DNA of 64,000 nucleotides, taken from the NCBI RefSeq assembly GCF_001194135.2, contig NC_068982.1, positions 161,602,799-161,666,798 of the forward strand, read 5' to 3'. Position numbers and translations under genes: made by a program. This stretch comes from Octopus bimaculoides (Eukaryota). Under the pieces are notes generated by a model. The model was not told the origin of the DNA. It saw only the letters and a program-made list of their open reading frames with translations, and did not search any database. Every line of letters begins with the position of its first letter. The first letter of the stretch is position 1. Of the stretch, positions 25,760 through 38,412 are shown piece by piece.

Positions 25760-25980
25760 ATCAAGGTGGTGAGTTGGCAGGATGTTAGAGCATCAGAAGA
25801 AATGCTTTGCAGTGTTTTTTCTGGTCCTTTAGCTTTTGAGGTCAAATCCCACCAAGGTTGCCTTTGCCTTTCATCCTTCTGAGATCAATAACAAAATATA
25901 CCAGTCAAGTCAATGGTTCCAACATATATGTCCCTCTTTAAAATTGCTGACCTTGTGCCTAAATCAGTAATCATTATACT
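25760..25980 (+). mobile_element. Meta-domain-like SINE
   Basis: aaggtggtgagttggcag head, gcctttcatccttctgagatcaataa core, preceded by (ATT)n. Confidence 0.7.
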
Positions 25981-26262
25981 AGAATGCATTGTTTTGGATA
26001 AACAAAAGCAGTCAAGAGTAAATACTCCAAAGAATACGAATGTATAATGTAGTACGGCTTAATAGGTTTATTTACTAACAACGTACGCACTTGCAGTGTT
26101 AATAAAATATAGATAAATTATATTTATATATCTGAGGGGTACAAGGTTCACTTTTTCATAGCCACCTACTGGCAACTTTTTTCTGTCTTCTAGGGAATAT
26201 TTGCACAATTTTTTAAGCTGTTTTCACAGCTATCTCATGTTTGAAATTCACTTTATTTTCAG

Positions 26263-26320
<58 letters not shown>

Positions 26321-26323
<3 letters not shown>

Positions 26324-26500
26324 GGAGTAAGCACATAAAATGTGCAACAAGGTGGAAAAAAGAGTACTCAAATACCAGAGGTAGAGTAATATGCTTTATT
26401 TAAAAGCAGCAGAAATATAACAAAAGACTGTTACTCTGAGTTTCACGTTACTCAGAGTAACAGTCTTCTGTTATATTTCTGCTGCTTTTAAATAAAGTAT
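26321..26500. mobile_element. (TA)n-flanked element ending in a 48-bp fold-back inverted repeat
   Basis: Bracketed by long (TA)n tracts. Arms 26394-26441 and 26450-26497 are reverse complements with one mismatch. Confidence 0.55.
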
Positions 26501-26507
26501 GTATATA

Positions 26508-26540
<33 letters not shown>

Positions 26541-27105
26541 CATCAACATGATCATCATTGTTTTAAGTGAAGCTCACAACAGTAGGATGAAATTTGCTGA
26601 GGCAGATTTTCTACTGCCAGATGCCCTTCCAGTTGCCAGCCTCACTTGTTTCCAAGTAAGGTAATATACTTCTCCATAACCAGACACATCTTAAAAAGAT
26701 TGGAAACAAAGGTCACCACTTGCACGACAAGAATGCTTGCTTACAATTATCTCATAATGTTAAGGTGAGGAGACAGTAATACACAAACATACACACAATG
26801 GGCTTCTTTCAGTTTCTATCTACCAAATCTACTCACAAGGCTTTGGTCACTCAAATAGTATAGTAGAAAGACACTTACCCAATGTGCCACATAATGGGAT
26901 TTAATTTGGAACCATGTGGTTGGGAAGCAAGCTTTTTACAACAAAGCAATGCATTGCCTATACCTACAGTTTTGAAAAGAAAACTGAATAATGTGGATAA
27001 TTCTGGATATACAAAGCCAGAGAGTAAAACAGGATGATCATAGCCAAAATGTCTTTCATTACAAGTCTTCTTAGCCAGGACCAGCTTGAGGTTAAATAAC
27101 ATTTG

Positions 27106-27138
<33 letters not shown>

Positions 27139-28747
27139 CATACATGACATGCCAATGTGTTGTTAGAATCTTTTGCCTCCTCCCTCTCTAATTCAGTAAA
27201 ACACCATAACATTCCTTGCTAACATGAATGACACACCACTAATACAACTCAAAGTCACAATCTTATGATTTCTCAAAGCAACCTCACATATATAAAACAT
27301 TGCAGAATGCACAACATAAAGACTAGATTTCCTTTTTAAGGCCAGAAAATATTTTATCCCTGATCATTTGCTGACCCTCAGACTACTGCTCACATATCTG
27401 AAATGGTAAAGCTATTACACACATACACACAAATACAAAAACAATATCCAATTGATTGGCCAAGACATGGCGTGTCCTTTCTCTGCCAATATAGTCTTAG
27501 AGAAAAAAAATGAGGAAGAGTGAGAGAGAGAAATTTAAGGAATCAATATTGACATCACATTTATCTAGAACATTATGTAGAGGAACAAACGAATGAATGA
27601 TGTTAATGTGGTGTCATCATGTAGTCTGATAATATAGAATTATGTATTGGAGGAAGAATCAGGAAATTCATGCAATTAATACAATTCTTGGTCAGAACAG
27701 AGATTTGTTGTGGTACCAAAGTGGTTAACATTCTGGGATATCAGCTGCCATTTAGATTTAACTCCATACCTGATCTAGCAGCCCTATGGCCAAACGCATC
27801 CCAGCCATAAGAATCTTGTCTTTTTTCAGATTACATTATTCAGGGTATCCTTCTTTGCTTAAAACAGTTGAGTATTACTGATGTAATTAGCCTATCACAT
27901 ACTACTACAGTGAGGTAGAATGAACACAATTAGAAGAAGAGGATGGAAATGTTTCTGTTGTTTAGCTTCACATAAGCTCTAACTAAGGTGTTCCAGTCAT
28001 GATCAATCCAGCTTTTTGTATATCAAGATCTACATTACCCAATGTCTTTTCTTTCTAAGATGTTATGGTGCAAACTTGGCTGCTTTTTCTAGCAGGTCAA
28101 GCAACCATGTAATGGTTCCTTTACTTGCTTGAGTATCAGAGTAATTTCACCTAAGATAAGCAACTAGTAAGTTGGCTCTGTCTCTGGTTGAAGCAATTGC
28201 TGGGCTGGTACTTCCAGTAAAAGTATGAATGTCACAATTGATATTTACCATCTCCACAAATAAAATCTTGCACTTACTGCCTACCTGGGAAGGGCGGCAG
28301 GAGATTGCCTGCAGTGCAACCTCCCCACCCATGATAACCTACAGCAGTGTCATAGTGTGTTATATCTGGGGTAACATATGTTTGTATTCTAAAAGTGGAA
28401 GCAAGAGCAGAGAGCAATAAAACCTCTTACATCACGAGCCAACAGTCTACTAGATGAATCAACCTTTTAGATATGGCAGCTAAATTCCCTTAAACAACAT
28501 CTTACTACCTTAAAAAAAAGGAAGGAAGCATTGGATAATGTAGTCTATAAAAATGGAAACATTGTCTATAAAAATGGAATGCTTTCAACATAGGACTACT
28601 ACATGAGAGATAACTTGGAACTAAATAACAACCTCTAACATTAACTACATAATAAGGCAAGCAGCAGCTCATTCAAAGGGCAAATGATCAGGTTCATAAT
28701 GTTGGTCTCACCAAATTTTAAGAATTTTTTCTTGCAAAAGCCTTTAA

Positions 28748-28962
28748 CCCTTTAGCATTCGGATTATTTTATCAAATGTAATTCATATTTATTCAAATTG
28801 TTTTGAATTAATCATGCATTATCTTGTAGGCTCAAGATTTCGATGATGTGATTGTTTTAGAATAACATTATAGAGTAAGTGTGAAAGGCTGGATCTGATT
28901 GGTTTGAATATAAAACAGGTAGAATATTTGGGCCGGATTTGGCTGGTTTAAATGCTAAAGGG
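28748..28962. mobile_element. piggyBac-type MITE (215 bp)
   Basis: TTAA|CCCTTTAGCATT ... AATGCTAAAGGG|TTAA: 12-bp TIR with TTAA duplication. Confidence 0.88.
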
Positions 28963-29429
28963 TTAAAAGGCAAAAAGTATAACAACTAGATAAACCACAA
29001 GACAAGTAACTTTTATAAAAAAATTGGGATGAAAAAATTCAACAGTTACATTAACTTGTAGATTTTTGGCTGCAGGTCAATCCCAACAGAAAAATTTACG
29101 ATAATAGGAATTCAAGTCATGTCCATTTATCTAGGATTTCATTACCCTATGAGTATTCTTTTGTAAAGCAGTGAGATTTAAGAGAGATTTGTATGCTATT
29201 TTCTAACAAGTTAAAAGTTCACATGAAGGCTCCCCTTATTGACTCAAAGGAAGTAAGTTATGGTTCGATAGGAAGCTGAGACTGACTTTAGAGCAGCATC
29301 TAGAAAATACATAACATTAGTATCTAATTTATCTAATACCATAATTTTTAATTCTAATACAATTTTTGCTAACACAGATTATCACTCACAGATATATTCC
29401 GGCCCACAAGTATGCGGTTTCCTCTTTTT

Positions 29430-29700
29430 GTCTTTTCTACTTATAATATAATGATCCTAGAATTAGCAAGGCTCAAGCCACTCTCACTCAAGCATTCCTG
29501 ACCAACTTTGTTCTCCTCATCACCTTTGTTGTGTCCAACTTCCTAAGCACTGCATTAACCACTATGTCCAGTTCTTTCTTCTCAGAATGCTAACCTTTTG
29601 GAACTTCCTCCCAGCTCATGTCAACAAAGGTTGAAGTGGAACATTAACTGCATCGCGCTCACTGGTTTAAGAGGGTAATGAAGGCCATGGGCACTGTTTC
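29430..29700 (+). mobile_element. CR1/Jockey-like LINE 3' end remnant
   Basis: QLPKHCINHYVQFFLLRMLTFWNFLPAHV resembles the SFF.RT..LWN.LP terminal motif. Confidence 0.5.
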
Positions 29701-30433
29701 TTCTTCCAGACCCAGCAAGTAAAGAAAAAAATAAAGAAATTGTAATTCAATATGTATCAAGGAACACTAACTGGGGTGAATGACAGAATAAAGCAAGGAG
29801 TACCAAATACTGAATGATGAGTTATCATTTTACATCCACTTTTTCTATGATATGAACTGAACAAGATTCATTGAGACAGGTTTCCTAATCATATGGCCTT
29901 GAGTTCAGTCCCACTGCATGGCACCTTGAGCAAGTATCTTTTGCTCTAGCCCTTGGTTGACCAAAGCCTTGTGAGAGGATTTGGTAGGTGGAGACAGGAA
30001 GGAGCCTTTTTGTATGTGTATGTGTGTGTGTATGTGAGTGTGCATGTGCACATGTACTTTTACCTTAACATCACATGATAGTTGTAAACACAAGTATCAA
30101 TGTCATACAAGTGAGATCGATTGTTTCCCATCTTTAGTGAAAAACATGTCTAGTCATGGGGAAACAGGTGATGGCAGGTAACAGGAAGGGCATCTGACTG
30201 TAGAAAAATCTCTTGACAAATTATGAGTGACCCACGCAAACATCAAAAGTGGATGTTAAATGATGATGACAGCACCAACTCATTTCCTGTCACCAACTCA
30301 TTTTTCAAATAAGGTTTTTTTATTCTACTGGTCTTCCCATGTTGAAACTACCAAGCTGCAGGACATTATTTACAAGAGATGCAAAGGTCACCATTTGTTC
30401 TCAAATAGTGAACATGTGAAGACATGCAGAGAC

Positions 30434-30468
<35 letters not shown>

Positions 30469-30934
30469 GAGCTTCTATACAATTTGGATCTGCAAAATTT
30501 CATTCGTAAGATATTATTCAATCTGCGACTATAATGGAAGACACTACTAATCCAAGGTACGACAGTAGTACTGAACCCAAAACAGTTGGTCTTAATCATA
30601 AAGCATATTTCTTAGTCACATTGCTATGTTATTTGAATACATTAGTGAAACTGGACACTCAGAATGGCCAAGTTTATAAAACTGTATTAAGAGAATTGTT
30701 GTCATTTCCTGCAATAATTTAGTCTCTAAAATATGCTAATTATCAAACCTATTCATGTACAAAATATTATACACCTATTTAGTGGTTTTCACAAGACTAC
30801 ATCATCAAGAATGATGAAACTTAATAGATTTTTAATGCTCCTGGCATTAGACTTTTATTTGAAAAATTAACAGGGACAAGCATTTACTATGGAAAAGTTA
30901 TTAATAACAGAACATCACAAAGTTATTGGTAAAT

Positions 30935-30936
<2 letters not shown>

Positions 30937-31020
<84 letters not shown>
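30937..31020. repeat. (GA)n microsatellite
   Basis: Perfect run. Other (GA)n, (TA)n and (CA)n tracts occur throughout, e.g. 26267-26320, 43750-43840, 49987-50040, 63207-63270. Confidence 0.98.
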
Positions 31021-31025
<5 letters not shown>

Positions 31026-32181
31026 TAGAAACTGGAATTTATCATCACTGTTACTATCTTAACACTAACTTTTCTTTTCTTTTAATGAGATAGATCAGAA
31101 ATGCACCTTTTTTTCAGTTTCTCACTCTAAAACTTCAAAATATTCTTGGGTCTGGCCTTTACAATTCTTCCCAAATCTAATTATCTTTTCCATTTTGAAA
31201 ATAATACACCATTAGAATATATAACAACATGTACTAATATGAATACTGCGTTCTTGTCAAAACATATAGACATTAAATGAAGAATTCTGAGAGTACCACA
31301 ATCAGTTTATAGTTTGGACAGTGCTGTAAAATATCATCCAAACCAATATTATCAGGAAGAAATAGACATAAGATACTAAAAGTAACCAAATTAGTTCCAG
31401 TTGTAAAGTAAACAGATGTCTGGTATATGAAAATATATCAGGTGTAAGATATCAATTAATGAGATAAGGTGTCAGAAAAAATATATATATCAAACACCTG
31501 ACTTGATAACCAAGCAGAAAAACTTAGAAACTTCATTTAATGCTTGTTCCTATTGGGTTATTTCTGATAGATAAAATCTAGTCTGTTGGGTTGTTTCTGA
31601 CATACATAGCTAACCTATTGGGAAATCAAATTTTTCAAGGTGTAGATTTAAACACAAAATGTTGTGATCTGCATAGACCATGACCAAAATATTTGAAGTA
31701 TAGGCAACAATCCAACCGAGAGAGCCACATCTTCATTAGAGGCGAAAAAGCTGAATATGATATATAATCAAAAGACTAGAAAGTCGTACCAGGAAGAATG
31801 AAAGAGCCTTAATGACTATTTCTTTCTGCTCTTCCTCATTGCCAACACTTCATTAGTCAATGACTGAAAATGGAGGAAGAGAAACAAGGCACATACAGAC
31901 ATGTGTAGTTACAACAGAACCTAATGAACAATGTGTATAATATGTGTGTAATTAACAATTAATACTAACGAATACACAAACCAAACAGCAGCTGTTAACC
32001 AACAACTACAGTATTTTCCTCCTTCCATCAACTCAGGATCATTAGGAAAATTATCTGCAACAGCAATTTTCTACTGATTGACTCAGCACTGGCTGGGTAT
32101 AATTATTTCACAAGACAGGTGTAATTAGATCAGAACCTGCAATATCACAAGTTCTAGTCACATAGCTCTTCCTTTGTTTTG

Positions 32182-32216
<35 letters not shown>

Positions 32217-32485
32217 NNNNNNNNNNNNNNNNNNNNNNNNNNNNNNNNNNNNNNNNNNNNNNNNNNNNNNNNNNNNNNNNNNNNNNNNNNNNNNNNNNNN
32301 NNNNNNNNNNNNNNNNNNNNNNNNNNNNNNNNNNNNNNNNNNNNNNNNNNNNNNNNNNNNNNNNNNNNNNNNNNNNNNNNNNNNNNNNNNNNNNNNNNNN
32401 NNNNNNNNNNNNNNNNNNNNNNNNNNNNNNNNNNNNNNNNNNNNNNNNNNNNNNNNNNNNNNNNNNNNNNNNNNNNNNNNNNNNN
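32217..32485. other. Assembly gap (other gaps: 4668-4677, 39171-39180, 43788-43797, 47208-47342)
   Basis: Runs of N, mostly flanked by microsatellites. Confidence 0.99.
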
Positions 32486-32770
32486 TTATATACAAACACA
32501 CACATTCTCACTTAATGTGGGATGAGTGTCTTGGATGTTGTAATTTTATTTTGATTTATTTATTTATTGTTTCTATAGAATGAGAAGAAATCCTTGTTCT
32601 AAACAGTTGATTTTCTCAGTCTTTAATATAATAAATCAATAATTATATGAGGAGAATAATAGAAACAATTCAGCATAGATTTCCTTTCATCCCTATTGAT
32701 TAGACTGGCCTAAATTTAGAAGCAATATTAACTTTAACCAGTTCTCTTCATAGAATATCATTGAAAATAT

Positions 32771-32818
<48 letters not shown>

Positions 32819-35316
32819 AAAAAACTAAGTAACTTTACTGTCACTTGTTTGACAGTTTGAAGCTATGTTATTGTTTTGTACCAAATCAGTCCAGATCAAA
32901 GGCATTCCTGTTATGACCATCCTGCTTTATTATTAGACATTACATATCTAAGAATATTTTACCCAACCTGCCATTCCTCTATTAGGACTGTAAGGTATGA
33001 TTTAAACAATAATTGCCTGCTAGCAGACTGAATGACTCTTTTGATGGTTTGAAGTGAAATTACTCACACAAGGCTGGGCCTCTGAATTATAGTTGAGAGA
33101 GAGAGAGAGAGAGAGAGAACTTTACCCCAGTACTGACTCCAAGTATGATACCATTTATCACAGGTGTGTACTTTTATTCCATGTTTGTCAATCAGTTGAC
33201 ATTGTTTCTCTGAGACATTTTAATACTTCCATATTGCTCTTTTACAGCTAGATTCCATTCCTACAAAAAACCACTTAATTGTTATGTCAAGTCAATGCAA
33301 AAGCCTATGTATAATAGCTAAACCTACTAGAAATAACAATCGAGTCTTCTTCAAATCATAATCTATTGTCTAAAAGGAAGTGTATTTCATCCAAGATACA
33401 TTATGCCTGAATAAAGACAGGATGGCCATAGCTACAATGCTTTTGATCATAAGCCTCTGCTTGATTATGGCTAGATAGGTTGATAACGTTGTTTGTATTC
33501 TGCCTGAAATCTTGTTTCATTACAAAATGGATAATACAAGGTTTCTATAGTTAAAAATCCCACCATTCTTTTATGTAGGAACCATTTATTAAACACTATC
33601 TTCAACAAGATGGCCTCTGGTTTCTTAACCTGGTAGAAATATCAACAAATCTTACTTAAATCACATAGTACACTGACTCAAAAAACAAAGGTCAGATTGA
33701 GTAATGCTAAATTTATTTGGCACAATGTACTCTTATTAAAATTACAACCAGGTAAGGGTTCTTTTTGTTTAGTCCTAGATCCACCCTGTAACTTAAGAGA
33801 GAGAGAAAGAAAGAGGACACAGCACATCAGGGTTGTCGAGACTGTAGTATAGCAGCAAGCAAACATTAGCTAATCTGTCCCCATATATCTCTTAGTCTGG
33901 AGCATACTTTTACTTTGTAGAGGAAGGAAACAAAATATTTTTACTATTCTGTTGGATATCAAACAACTGCAACTACTAGCCCAGGGTAAATGATGTAACT
34001 CCATTTGCCTAAGTTTTGATAGTTAACCTGCAGGCTACCAGAAAATTTCTCAAAGGTACCTTTCTGCATGAAGAACATATATTTAAGTGTAGGCTACTAT
34101 ATTTAAAACGGGGAACTGAAAATAATATTTAAGTGAAACTATAATTAGAATGAAAAGTCATTAGCATTAATGAAAATTACTCTGAAAAAGGACAAGAGAG
34201 AGAACTCATAAAATGTCAGCTGACTGAAAATTAAAAGATATGTGAAAGGGAGGAGAGAAAGAATGTGTCTGATTTTTGGTGGTATAGTGACAACTGAGGA
34301 CATGTTGCAGTTTTGTTAGAGTATCTTAGCAGAGCATAGTCAACACATCACCAGTAATATCTACTTAATGGCTGTAGAAATTAGCAATAAGCTCATGGCA
34401 GCCATACAACTGTTGAAAACAACATAAACAAATGCCCAACAAACCATGGCTATATATAAAAAAAACAAATCTAATACAACAAAAATATATAAGATGAAGG
34501 AAGAGAGAAAAAGAAAAAGAGCAAGAAAAAGGGAGAGAAATGAATCTATAGTGACACTGTATGTCATGTCCAATTTCACAAAAACTAACTTATGCTGTTT
34601 TCTAGCTAAGGTAAATGTCCAACAGATGACACACTTCAAGAGATAGAAGTATTTTAATACTAAGAGAAAATGAGAGTGTACTAAGAACAAACACACAATG
34701 TTCAATAGAATTTACTAAGACACCCATCCACATGTCTTATATATATATATTACACACATATATATATGGCTTTTGGAATAAACAGTTTGTTACTATTTCC
34801 AGCAAAGTTCAGTAAGCAACAGTGTTATTACTGTACAATTACAACACACACATTTCCTGAATAATGCATAACAGTATACATACAGATACATTACACTCCC
34901 TGTATAATGCACAATACTACATCCACATATTTAATATGGTACACTATGTAACACATTATATACATATGCATTATATATACATGCACACAGAGAATGCTAT
35001 AGTAAAATGTACAAGTATATATGTATATACACACACATACACATGTTACATACACATACATGTGTGTATACATGCATATATACGCATAAAGGTACACACA
35101 GACACTAATACAAGAAAATATTTCTAGCTCGCTCTAAAACAATTTTGAGGTTATATAACTCAACAGAAATGCGAGCCTAACAACACACACACACATACTA
35201 CTGTGTAAAAGTCTTAGACAGATGTTATTTAGGTATTTTTAACCAACTTTGAGCATGAACTGTAATATAAATACCATACAATGTACTGACTTCATATAAA
35301 ATACAATACATCGTTG

Positions 35317-35357
<41 letters not shown>

Positions 35358-35489
35358 CTTACTGGTTGTAGGACCAAGAAGCTCATCTGTAGAGGTGTAA
35401 TTCTATAAAACAAGTCCAAGGTTCAAATTGAACAGTGTCCCATTTCCTATACTGGTGAAACCAAGATACACAGATAAAGTGTGAAGATG

Positions 35490-36285
35490 TCTAAGGTTCA
35501 ACTGAAACCAAGCTTAAGGTATCTTTTATCAAGAACAAGGAATGTCTCAATCTGAAATATCAAAAACTGGATTTGGGATTTAAAGATGTTCTATCATGGA
35601 ATTCAAAATGAGAAGAGGAACATGGAGATTTGAAGGCAAGACATGGAAGATCCTCAAAACTATTCAAAATAAATGTTAAGTATCTAAAGCATACATTACT
35701 GGCATATAGAAGCAAATCTAGTCATCTGTCCTCAGTGACAGCCAAAATCTGTGAACCAGAAGTTCATCCTTCAACCATTAAAAGAGCACTAAAGTAAAAT
35801 GATCTTCAAAGGCCATATGGCTAAAAAACAAACAGAACTCATGAAAAGAGAATAAGTAAAAAGGCTTACATATGTCACAACACACAAAGGATACTGATCA
35901 ATAGAAAAATATGCCATACAGTGAGTATTCTAAATTTGAGATTTTTCTTTTCAAAAAGAAGGCAATATGTAAGACAAAGAGTGGGAGAAAGAGCTGAAAT
36001 ATGTTTAAAACCTACAACGAAATAATACACCAGTAATGCCTACATTTATTTGTCAGCCAATAGTTGGGTTTGGTAAAAACTGATGGAATAATGAATGCTA
36101 AGAAATATCACCAGATACTAGTCCCTCATACACAGCCATCTTGGAGATGGAAGCTCATTGAGAGTATGAAAATGACCCTTAACACATTTCTATAAAAGTA
36201 AGGAAATAATCTGGAAAGGTCCAACTGTTGATAGGGCTCCATCAAAGCCTTAACCTGAATGTTACTGAAACTTTGCAGGATTACT
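35490..36285 (+). mobile_element. Decayed Tc1-like transposase
   Basis: Remnants YSEYSKFEIF (FSDESKF), VKTDGIMNAKKYHQIL, ENDP*H (DNDPKH) and a PQSPDLN-like segment, with many stops. Confidence 0.78.
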
Positions 36286-36290
36286 TAGAC

Positions 36291-36655
36291 CAGGGGTTTT
36301 CAAGCATCTTTTTGCCTATGGACTCCTTTGATTACCATTTTACACTGCTGGACTTTCATTGCCATTAATGTTGGAAAACTAATTTCATAGATGCTTCTAA
36401 TAAAATTCTATTTTGTTTTTCACCCATTCACTTGTGTAGGTTTGCAACTGAAATCTCTGAACGACCATTTCAGTAGCTGGAAACATGTTAAACTACGTAG
36501 AACATGAGAGAAAGAAACCTAGTTGTTTCTTGCAAAAAATACATCAAAAGCAAAAGTTTTTCATGGACCCCTAATACAACTGTAGATCTCGAATTAACTA
36601 TTTTGCTTGCTTGAACCTCCTCAAAATCTTATCTTGACCTTCAGGGATCATATGA
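36291..36655. mobile_element. hAT(Charlie)-like MITE remnant
   Basis: Starts CAGGGGTTTTCAAGC, the complement of the other copy's right end, and shares its interior. Confidence 0.6.
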
Positions 36656-37239
36656 GAAGCAATGACTTAAACCAAAGAAAAGTTGAAAAGAAGCCAACAT
36701 TCAAAGGAGAGCCAAGGAAAGTCTTTTCAGGAGGATTGGGATATATTCCACCAGATTATATTGCCAAACTACAGCTTATCATTCCTTAGTGTTGAAGCTG
36801 CTTTATCAGTGAAAGGCAGCAGTACTAATTATTAGCAATAAAATTAATTTAGAAACAGATACAACTTTTCAAATCATCATCATCATCATCATTTAACGTC
36901 TGTTGTCCATGCTGACATGAGTTGGATAGTTTGACCAGAGCTGGCAAGCTGAAAGGTTGCACCAGACTCCAGTCTGATTTGGCATGGTTTCTGCAGCTGG
37001 ATGCTCTTCCTAACACTAACCATTCCAAGAGTATAATGGGTGCTTTTATGTGCCACTGGCATGGGTGCCATTTGCGTGACATCAGTATCTGTACAGCTTG
37101 ATGGGTCTTCTTCTCAAGCACAACATAATGCCAAAGGTCTTGGTTATTGCCTCCATGAAGCCAGATGCTTGAAAGGAGCTCAACCACTCAACCATGTAAG
37201 CCCAAAATTATGTAATCTATATAAATCCTTTATCTTTTA

Positions 37240-37565
37240 TTTGTTTCAGTCATTAGACTGTGGTCATGCTGGGGCACTGCCTTAAGAATTTTTAGTGGAA
37301 TGAATCAACCCCAGTACTTATCTTTTTTTAAAAGCCTAGTACTTTATCAATCTCTTGTGGAACCGCGAAGTTATGGGAATGTAAACACACTGACACTTGT
37401 TGTCAAGTGGTGGTAGAAGACAAACACAAAAACACACACCTCTATCAAATCCACTCACAAGGCTAGCCTTAGGCTATAGAAGACACTTGCCCAAGGTGTC
37501 TCACAGTGGGACTGAACCAGGAACCATGTGGTTGAGAAGCAAGCTTCTTACCACAAAGCCATGCT
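37240..37565 (-). mobile_element. CORE-type SINE, same family
   Basis: Colinear with 7897-8285, with an internal deletion. Confidence 0.8.
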
Positions 37566-38069
37566 TGTGCTTATTATCCTTTACATATTCTGAAAGAGGA
37601 GTAGAGAAAATAAATGTGTGCAAAAGTCACCATCATCACCGTTTAACGCCTGTTTTCCATGCTGGCATGGGTTGGACGGTTTGACAGGGGAGCTGTCCAG
37701 ACTCCAGTTGTCTGTTGTGGCATGGTTTCTATGGTTGGATGCCCTTCCTAACACCAACCACTTCAACTAGCACACCCAGTGTGCTGGATGCATTTTATGT
37801 GCTGCTGGCAAAAGTGCATTACTGCAGCACTGGGTGCATTTTATGTAGTACTAGTACCTGCAAAGGATAGGCCTGTATGTATGGAAGACAGTGAAACATA
37901 AATAAAAGAAAAGAACTGTTACATGATAAAAATGGAGAAGTCTCGTTACAGATAACTCTTATTGCACAAAAAGAAAAAAATGCAACCAGTCAACACCACA
38001 AAGTGGTTGGTGGTAGGAAGAACACCCCATCCATACAAAAGAGGCACTCACAAGAGATTGGCAGTTCTT

Positions 38070-38412
38070 CCTTTTATTCTTTTACTTGTTTCAGTCATTT
38101 AACTGCAGCCATGCTGGAGCACTGCCTTTAGTTGAACTTATTCTTTGTAAGCCTAATACTTATTCTATCAGTCTCTTTTGCTGACCTGTCAAGTTACAGG
38201 AATGTAAACACACCAACAAGCAATGGTAGGGGGACAAACACACACACACACACACACGACAGGCTTCTTTCAGTTTCCGTCTATCAAATCCACTCACAAG
38301 GCTTTTGTCGGCCTAAGGCTATAGTAGAAGACACATGCCCAAGGTGCAACACAGTGGGACTGAATCCAGAACCGTGTGGTTGGGAAGCAAACTTCTTACT
38401 ACACAGCCACTC
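38070..38412 (-). mobile_element. CORE-type SINE, same family as 7897-8285
   Basis: Colinear with 7897-8285. Confidence 0.85.

Noticed and set aside
26430-26460. Second hammerhead ribozyme in the hairpin loop
   Set aside because: Only a GAAAC-UC half is present. There is no CUGANGA core or valid stems I and II.
31790-31863. 74-nt minus-strand exon candidate with a strong acceptor
   Set aside because: Stops in all three frames and only a moderate donor (gtacga). Rejected as coding, though a poison exon cannot be excluded.
32154-32583. ORFs spanning N runs (also 47033-47444 and 43645-43923)
   Set aside because: Open only because of assembly gaps and TA/GA repeats.
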